NCBI GenBank assembly: GCA_020630095.1
Contig: JAHDCD010000004.1
Coordinates: 83,251 to 147,250 of the forward strand
Direction: 5' to 3'
Length of the DNA stretch: 64,000 bases
From: Rickettsiales bacterium
GTDB lineage: Bacteria > Pseudomonadota > Alphaproteobacteria > Rickettsiales > UBA8987
Shown: positions 57,429 through 64,000 of the stretch, piece after piece
Position numbering within the stretch: the stretch's first letter is position 1
How the letters are laid out: each line of letters begins with the position of its first letter
Translations under genes and position numbers: made by a program
The notes under the pieces: model-generated
Seen by the model: the letters and a program-made list of their open reading frames with translations, nothing else
Databases searched by the model: none
What the model was told of the DNA's origin: nothing

Positions 57429-57893
57429 TTATTTTAAAGAAACTTTTTTGTTCACTAAATTGTATATTAAGCGCTCACCTTGCATTGTATGCGTTACTTC
57501 GTTTGAGTTATCTTTATATTTCATTTTAACATCACCTGTTAAAACTACCTGACCAGAAGTAAAATTATAATCTGCACGAGTAGCGGTAACCTCCTTACCA
57601 GCATCTTGTAAAACTACATTACCATCCGCCTTTGCGGTTTCTATTTTGCTTTTGATATTCTCGTTATACTTTAATTCTATATTATCCGCCTTAATAGAAA
57701 GTGTAGATTGTTTTATATCTACACCGCCGCGAAGGTAAGCTATATTTTTATCTGTATATATCTCTAATTCCTTGGCAAAAATGTTGATAGAAGCCGATTT
57801 ATCAAAGATTATAGCTTGCGCGACTGAAACTTTAGGTGTTAGAAGTATAAAGGAACAAACTAGGGAGAACTTTATTATGGTTAGAATATTCAT
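57429..57893 (-). CDS. lptA: LptA/OstA-like periplasmic LPS transport protein
   Basis: Signal peptide, OstA-type repeats (AYLRGGVDIKQSTLSIKADNIEL, GNVVLQDAGKEVTATRADYN, VVLTGDVKM). Confidence 0.7.
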   Translation of the reverse strand: MNILTIIKFSLVCSFILLTPKVSVAQAIIFDKSASINIFAKELEIYTDKNIAYLRGGVDIKQSTLSIKADNIELKYNENIKSKIETAKADGNVVLQDAGKEVTATRADYNFTSGQVVLTGDVKMKYKDNSNEVTHTMQGERLIYNLVNKKVSLK

Positions 57894-58863
57894 ACTAATA
57901 TCAATTCTATTAACTTCTATTACAGCATCTGCAAGAGATAAAATACGAATTGTAGGTTCATCTACAGTTTATCCGTTCGTAACTATTGCCGCAGAAGAGT
58001 TTTCCGAAGATGGCAACCCCGCACCTATAGTGGAGTCTACTGGTACTGGTGGTGGTTTTAATTTATTCTGCATGGGAGTTGGCAAAGAATATCCTGATAT
58101 TGTTAATGCTAGCCGTCCTGTTAAAGAATCTGAAAACGTTAGATGCTCAAAGAATGGCATTAGCCCTATTGAAGTTAAGCTTGGCTATGATGGTATAGTT
58201 TTAGCTAATGCTCGAGGTGGTTTACATTATAATTTATCTTTAGAAGATATTTTTAAAGCCATGGCATTAGAAGTTCCTAAAGATGGTAAGCTTGTTGAAA
58301 ATTACTATGAGAAATGGAGTGATATCCGTGATGCACTGCCTGATATTGAGATATCTGTTTATGGGCCACCAGCAACTTCTGGTACGCGTGATGCCTTTGT
58401 AGAGCTTGTATTACAGCCAGCGTGTATGAACTTACCTGAGTTTAAGGAAAAGTATAAAGATAAGAAAAAGCGTAAGAAAGCGTGCCATCAGATTCGTGAG
58501 GATGGGCATTTCTTTGAAACTGGCGAGAATGATAATTTAATTATCCAGAAACTTCGTAATAACAAAGATGCGCTAGGTATATTTGGCTTTAGCTTCTTGA
58601 ATGAAAATATTGACGCTGTGCAGGCTTCTATAATTGATGGCTACGGCGCTAGTATGTATAATATTTCCGAAGGCTTATACCCCGTTAGTCGTGCATTATT
58701 TGTATATGTTAAGAAAGAGCATGTTGGATATATCCCTAATTTAAGGGAGTTTATTCACTCTTTACTTTCTGAAGATTTAGTTGGCGAAGAAGGTTACTTA
58801 GCTGAAAAAGGCTTGATAGCTCTACCTGAAGATGAACTTGCTAAAATTAAAGCTGAGTTTTAA
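57877..58863 (+). CDS. pstS: PstS-family phosphate ABC transporter substrate-binding protein
   Basis: Start refined to ATG 57877 (gggaga at 57863-57868). Signal peptide, then IRIVGSSTVYPFV, TGTGGGF, SGTRDAF. Confidence 0.75.
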   Translation: MVRIFILISILLTSITASARDKIRIVGSSTVYPFVTIAAEEFSEDGNPAPIVESTGTGGGFNLFCMGVGKEYPDIVNASRPVKESENVRCSKNGISPIEVKLGYDGIVLANARGGLHYNLSLEDIFKAMALEVPKDGKLVENYYEKWSDIRDALPDIEISVYGPPATSGTRDAFVELVLQPACMNLPEFKEKYKDKKKRKKACHQIREDGHFFETGENDNLIIQKLRNNKDALGIFGFSFLNENIDAVQASIIDGYGASMYNISEGLYPVSRALFVYVKKEHVGYIPNLREFIHSLLSEDLVGEEGYLAEKGLIALPEDELAKIKAEF

Positions 58864-59115
58864 TTTTAAAAACTTTTTGGATGTATCCTAAAAAAAACTA
58901 TTGCACCTATAGGTTGTATATGTTAAAAGTAACTAACTTAAGTAGGTTGCGAGGGTAAGTGAAGTGTAAATATCGTCCCCCCTTAATATGACGATAACCT
59001 CCCCTTTATTTGATAGTACCCCCTACTATTTACAAAAAACCTCTTCCGCCCTCGTTTTTGCTTAAGTATCCCAATACGCAACAAAGCTTATTGGAAGCTA
59101 TTTAAAGGAGTATAA

Positions 59116-59541
59116 ATGCAAAAAAGTTTTTTCGGCAGTTCAAGTTCATATGCCAATTCAGGTTCAAAATTTTCAGATCAATCAGATTTATTCTCAGATT
59201 TAGATTCACCCGTTAAAGGAGAAATTGCACTATGGCGTGCAGTTATTACACAGGCGCTAATAGATGCTGGTAGTAATTCTGTTAAGCGTGAAATGATATA
59301 TGAGCGTAATCAGGCGATTTCTTGGTTAACTAATAAAAGTAAGGATTTTATTGAAGTCTGCGAGCTGGCTCAGCTAGACCCAAGCATTATTCGTGAGAAA
59401 GCTGTAGAAGCCATTAAGCAAGGTTGTATTTGGCGTAAGGAAAGCGTTAAGCTTTCTAAAAAAGCTAAACGCGGTAGTAAAACAGCTGAAGAGAAATACA
59501 ATGAATTGAGAGCCAATAAATTGAAGCGACTTGCCAGTTAA
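59116..59541 (+). CDS. Hypothetical protein
   Basis: 141-aa ORF with aaaggag upstream. Basic C-terminal tail. Confidence 0.45.
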   Translation: MQKSFFGSSSSYANSGSKFSDQSDLFSDLDSPVKGEIALWRAVITQALIDAGSNSVKREMIYERNQAISWLTNKSKDFIEVCELAQLDPSIIREKAVEAIKQGCIWRKESVKLSKKAKRGSKTAEEKYNELRANKLKRLAS

Positions 59542-59796
59542 GTTTTTTTATAAGAATAGAAGTTTAACTCGGGAAATAAATATTTAGGTTAGCTGAACTA
59601 ATAGCTGAGGATTTGATGGTGTTGAATTATCAAATAAGTGAGAGCAGATTAATCAAGTTGATAAGGTGTTGAAGTAGATATATGTAGTCATATTTGATAC
59701 TGGCGAAGCTGCAGTGTAGAAAACTTGGGCTTAATGCTATTCTTAGAAACAACTAATCATGCTGTAGCTTCGCCATGAATGAGTTTGATAAGATAG

Positions 59797-60717
59797 TTAA
59801 GCAACTTTATCAATCTCTATAAGACTTATTTCTAACTCTTCCACGATGTAAGATTTCTTAAATGATTCAAGCAAGTTAGTTTCATAGTTTGAATTAAAAT
59901 CAGTTTTTAATATATAAGATAGTTCAGTTCCTGAATTAGTTGGGCTATACTGAGGTATTGTTAATTTGGAGCGTGAAGTTGCCACTCCTTTCCTCTTAAG
60001 TTTAAAGAGTTTTTTGCCTACATATATAGGACTACCAAAACCTTGCTCATCAACCTCAACCTCCCAGTGTATATTTGAGTTGCCATGGACTAAGCCCGCA
60101 TCTTGTAATAAGATTATGTCGTCATAGGATATACCATATTCTTTAAAGTCCTGGGTATTGGGGAATTTCCAAACATGCCTATGATTGGAGCATATTTTGC
60201 AAAACCTTGTGAACACCTCAGCATCAGCTTGCGATATATTAGATAATACTTCTAGCGTTCTTAAGCTTATTGAATTTGGGGCTTCAACCTCTCTAGCTAG
60301 TATTCTTGCCCATATCTCTTGCACCTCATCATTTGAAATATCCATTGCTTTATTGAAAAATCTAGCCCTCCAATCATTGTCAACTGGTTGGTTTGAAACA
60401 GAATCTCCAACTTCTATTAGGGCTTTCTCTATTATGCTTTCAATATTGCTTTGTCTTACTAATTCTGTGTTGAGTAACCTAGCCTTAGCATTTTCCATTA
60501 ATTCAATTTTAGCATTACCTAATGTAGTTAATGCTTTTGCTTCTGCATTAGCGATAGCTTCTATCTTGTATGCCTGAGCATCAGCTTCTTTTCTGGTCGC
60601 AAATGGTTTGTATGCACGACCTATTGCAGCCGAGGCTATATCTATTATCTTTTCAACTGAAGAGCTTTTTAAATCAATGGTTATTAACTCAGACATTAGT
60701 TTATTATTGGAATGCAT
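59797..60717 (-). CDS. DUF2806-like protein
   Basis: The central DNDWRARFFNKAMDISNDEVQEIWARILAREVEAPNSISLRTLEVLSNISQADAEVF matches my recollection of the DUF2806 signature. Confidence 0.5.
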   Translation of the reverse strand: MHSNNKLMSELITIDLKSSSVEKIIDIASAAIGRAYKPFATRKEADAQAYKIEAIANAEAKALTTLGNAKIELMENAKARLLNTELVRQSNIESIIEKALIEVGDSVSNQPVDNDWRARFFNKAMDISNDEVQEIWARILAREVEAPNSISLRTLEVLSNISQADAEVFTRFCKICSNHRHVWKFPNTQDFKEYGISYDDIILLQDAGLVHGNSNIHWEVEVDEQGFGSPIYVGKKLFKLKRKGVATSRSKLTIPQYSPTNSGTELSYILKTDFNSNYETNLLESFKKSYIVEELEISLIEIDKVA

Positions 60718-61279
60718 CTGTAATTTAACTCAAAATAACTACGTCATGTCAAGATATTTCAAAAACATCACGCATATATTGTGCTTGATATTTATATAGG
60801 AGTCCCAGTTTAGGTTTAAATGGGGGTAATAGGGGGTGGGTTGATATATGAATTCGTCATAATCACCCTTTTAGATAATGTTTTTAGAATTGTCCACTTA
60901 GGCATAGTTAATAACAGCACTCTACACCACTGGCGAAGCTACAGTAACCATGACATGAGCTTGAATAACGCTTGTGAAGCTATTAAAGTCTTTACCATAA
61001 GTAAAACGCTATAAGCCACGCTATATGTAGAAAAGCTTTACACGCAGAGCATAAGCATAGCACCAATAAGTTGGTTGTTATTAATAGTGATATGCAGTAA
61101 TTTGCCAAATAATAGTGAAGTTTCGTTGAATCATCGCTGTATTTTCTAGCCTCTACTAATCCCTAAAACTATCCAACTATCTAAATAATCTGCACCATAT
61201 TTGCACTTTTATAGAAAGCTGAGGTTTAATACTAGTAGATTGTGATCGAAATAACTTATTGATCTATAAGGGAAAAAAT

Positions 61280-61356
<77 letters not shown>

Positions 61357-61423
61357 ACACTTAAAGAAGTTCGAATATTATATAATCATTTACTAATCGG
61401 TTGCAAGGTCTAATTTAAAAGAC

Positions 61424-62017
61424 ATGGTAATCATTGGTATAACATCGCAAATAGGAATGGGCAAAAGTACCGTAGCAAAAATTTTAAATGAAAGGCTACA
61501 GAACTCTCGAATATTTGATGCCGATAAGGTTGTAGCTGAACTTTATAACTCTAATAAACATGTGATTGCAAAAATATCTGAACTGGATAAAAGCGCCATT
61601 GTTGATGGTAGAGTTGATAAAGGGCAATTAAAGAAACTCCTTAAGAATGGAGTAATTACTATTAAACAGCTTAATAATATTGTTCACCCTGCAACTGGCA
61701 AAGCTGGCTTAGAGTTTATTCATGATGCTAAAGAAGATGGCATGGAATTTACGATTCTTGATATTCCTTTGTTACTACAAACTGATAGCAAAGCTTTGTG
61801 CGATTATATTGTGCTGGTTAAGTGCGATAAAGAGATTCAAATTCAGCGTGTAAAGGCTCGAGATAATAGGAGCGATGAAGAAATTGCGCTAATTATTTCT
61901 AATCAAATGTCTATTGCTGAACAGGAAAAACATGCAGATTTTATTATAGATAATAGTGAGTCTATAGAAATCACTAAAAATCAAATAGTTAGCCTTGTAG
62001 GCAGTGTCGTCATATAG
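61424..62017 (+). CDS. coaE: Dephospho-CoA kinase
   Basis: N-terminal P-loop IGITSQIGMGKST, 197 aa. IPLLLQT and later blocks are typical of CoaE. Confidence 0.8.
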   Translation: MVIIGITSQIGMGKSTVAKILNERLQNSRIFDADKVVAELYNSNKHVIAKISELDKSAIVDGRVDKGQLKKLLKNGVITIKQLNNIVHPATGKAGLEFIHDAKEDGMEFTILDIPLLLQTDSKALCDYIVLVKCDKEIQIQRVKARDNRSDEEIALIISNQMSIAEQEKHADFIIDNSESIEITKNQIVSLVGSVVI

Positions 62018-62159
62018 TAAAATTTCGCTAAATTTATACTTTAAGGCTACAAAAATCATAAAAATTTTGGAATATGCACCACATGTACCAAATTTTATAT
62101 AATTTTTTCGTACTAAAATTATTAAATTTGATCAAAACATACTATATGACGACACCGCC
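62000..62159. repeat. 160-bp AT-rich segment bounded by 20-bp inverted repeats (MITE-like or long stem-loop)
   Basis: ggcagtgtcgtcatatagta (62000-62019) versus tactatatgacgacaccgcc (62140-62159), 19/20 complementary. The left arm contains the coaE stop. Confidence 0.55.
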
Positions 62160-62205
62160 TAGAGAAGTTAACTATTTCTTAAGCTTATTATGCTAGGCTT
62201 ATAGG

Positions 62206-64000
62206 GTGGCTGATAAAGGTAAAATATCTACAGTTGAAGAGGCTTTGGAGGTAATTCAATTTACCAAGGAAAAACCCTTTGAAGATTATAAAACTGATAC
62301 AAATATAGCTGATACTTTTACCTATAATGAAATTCAGGCGCAAAAAATGCCTAATTATCATAATTATAATGACTTCATACAGACTGAGAAGGATAGAGCT
62401 AATTATTTAAGAGATTATATAACCTATGATGCAAGCTTTAGAGCTGCAGTGGCTCAGGGGCATATAACTGAAGAAAGTGGCTTCTTATTTTACTTAGATG
62501 GTCAAGATAAGAAAGATTACGTAATTACCCGAAATGATAGTTATGGAAAGCCCGTTAAGGTAAGTGGCTTTTGTGAGCATACAACAGGTAAAACCTATGT
62601 TCATGCAGAGGGAAGGGAAAGAACATATCAGGTGGTTGCTGAAGAATTATATCACCTACTTGATGGCAACCTTAGTAAAAAGACTAAGAATTACAGCTAT
62701 TTAAGTGAATCTAGCTATGTTGGTATGAATCAATTTGACCATATTGACATCCCCAGACAAACTACAATACGAATATTTCCAAAGGGGCATCCATTACATA
62801 AACTTTCTAAAGAATGTGCCAATGATTTTTTACTTACGGGATATACTGAAGGCGCGGCAGCATCTAATGGCTTATCTAGTGAGGATGGAATTGGTAGAAG
62901 TAATGAGTCTGGCGATATAGAAAGATTTGCAAAATTTCATGCTATTAGAGTTGGTGAAGAAATTAAGCGAGCTGAAAATGATCCTAATTATGAAGCAAAC
63001 TTTAACAGCTTAACTTCTCCTGTACTAGATGACTTAGCATTGATAGCCGCAGATTATTATCCTAAATATATAAAAACATTGAATGCCATTAATGAAAAAC
63101 TTGGCTTAGAGCCTAGCGATCATGGCTTTAAATTACCGGTAAAGCCTAAGAAGGATGATCCCAATTTATTAGATATCATAATAGATAATGATGGAGCTGA
63201 AGCACCGCCTATACAAAAAGTTGATATTTTTAGTGTTGATAAGAATGGCGCGTTAGTAATTAATGAAGAGGCTTTTAATAATGCCTCTCATATAGATTTT
63301 AACTTTAAGCCCTTTGAAAAAAATCTGAGTGATATTTCTGCTTTAGAGAGTTACGCCAGCAAAGTAGCTTCATCTATGAATCTTTCTGGAACATCTGTAA
63401 CTAAAATTCCCGACTTATCTTCTTATCCCAATATGGGTCATATACGATTAGATGATACTACGGGTATAGATATCTCTTCATTAGAAAGTTTTGATGTTTC
63501 TAAAAAATATGGAGGGATTAACTTTTATCTCTCTTCAGATTCGTACTTACATTATTTGGAAAGTTTTGAGCCGTTAGTAGAAAATAAGGTTATTACTTTA
63601 ATCGCTATTCAATCAGAATCCTATGACGACATATATAAAGAATCTGAGCATATTATAGATGATATAAAACTTCTAAAAGAAGGGCGTGGTGAGGAAATAG
63701 TTAGCCGACATAAAGATAGATATGTAAATATGGATCAAAGAGTTGCGCTAGAAGAGTTTGCATCGAGCTTACAAGCTGCCGCAAAGTTACAACTTACAGA
63801 TAGTTCAACCTTGGGCTTTCATTTACCTGATATTGAAGATGTTCATGAAAGCAACCTAGAGTTCCATAGGCAGTTATTAGATGGCATAGAGCTAGTAAAG
63901 CAAGGTCATAACCTTGAATTTAAGGCTAAGTTTATGGATGTTTCATCTACTTATTTAAGGCTGTTAGAACTACAAAATAATGTAAATGGTACACTGCCTG
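62206..64000 (+). CDS. Large hypothetical protein, 5' part (open at the window end); absent from the supplied ORF track
   Basis: I translated the frame by hand from GTG 62206 (in-frame TAG at 62194-62196) to 64000 and found no stop in about 598 codons. The first ATG is at 62347. No family recognised. Confidence 0.65.
   Translation, partial: MADKGKISTVEEALEVIQFTKEKPFEDYKTDTNIADTFTYNEIQAQKMPNYHNYNDFIQTEKDRANYLRDYITYDASFRAAVAQGHITEESGFLFYLDGQDKKDYVITRNDSYGKPVKVSGFCEHTTGKTYVHAEGRERTYQVVAEELYHLLDGNLSKKTKNYSYLSESSYVGMNQFDHIDIPRQTTIRIFPKGHPLHKLSKECANDFLLTGYTEGAAASNGLSSEDGIGRSNESGDIERFAKFHAIRVGEEIKRAENDPNYEANFNSLTSPVLDDLALIAADYYPKYIKTLNAINEKLGLEPSDHGFKLPVKPKKDDPNLLDIIIDNDGAEAPPIQKVDIFSVDKNGALVINEEAFNNASHIDFNFKPFEKNLSDISALESYASKVASSMNLSGTSVTKIPDLSSYPNMGHIRLDDTTGIDISSLESFDVSKKYGGINFYLSSDSYLHYLESFEPLVENKVITLIAIQSESYDDIYKESEHIIDDIKLLKEGRGEEIVSRHKDRYVNMDQRVALEEFASSLQAAAKLQLTDSSTLGFHLPDIEDVHESNLEFHRQLLDGIELVKQGHNLEFKAKFMDVSSTYLRLLELQNNVNGTLP

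Noticed and set aside
57772-57876. Upstream extension of pstS from 57772
   Set aside because: The extension is antisense to the lptA signal-peptide region and lacks signal-peptide character. ATG 57877 has a Shine-Dalgarno sequence and is followed by a typical signal peptide.
62735-62920. Track ORF 62735-62920 (+)
   Set aside because: It lies in a different frame inside the about 598-codon open frame starting at 62206, so it is likely spurious.

Overview
AT-rich bacterial window. RPE-like palindromic repeats, a GTA g15-like gene and an E. coli-like initiator tRNA suggest an alphaproteobacterium, possibly a Rickettsiales- or Holosporales-like endosymbiont; this is inference. Positions 1-38298 look like one integrated temperate phage-like element whose left end lies outside the window. 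On the minus strand it carries a late module: small and large terminase, portal, a full-length metK, and an SPP1 gp7/Mu F head-morphogenesis gene, preceded by a ParB-nuclease gene and a methyltransferase-like gene. A block of small early ORFs and two ParB-like genes follows (8.0-14.1 kb). A heavy-metal cargo island sits at 14.4-22.7 kb (czcCBA-like RND pump, short CDF, HMA protein, CsoR/RcnR repressor with matching operators). A replication, switch and recombination module covers 22.7-31.2 kb (DUF1376, Cro-like and CI-like regulators, Cas4-like exonuclease, RecT, Rad50-like ATPase). Xis and a tyrosine integrase lie at 31.3-32.8 kb. Between the integrase and a tRNA-Lys 3' fragment (38254-38298, candidate att) is a compact island: a WYL regulator plus four predicted nucleases. 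I consider this island the best candidate for an undescribed defence system. An exact 11-mer, CCACAATTAAC, marks the 5' ends of nine genes across the element. The remaining 38.3-64 kb looks chromosomal. It holds a TonB receptor, YfiR-like and histidine-kinase cluster split by an insertion, tRNA-Arg(TCT), a metal-uptake cluster, an aminotransferase frameshifted in a G7 tract, murC, an orphan GTA g15-like gene, lptA, pstS, tRNA-fMet, coaE, several palindromic repeat elements, and a large open-ended ORF that is missing from the ORF track. All family calls come from motif recognition by eye; no searches were run.
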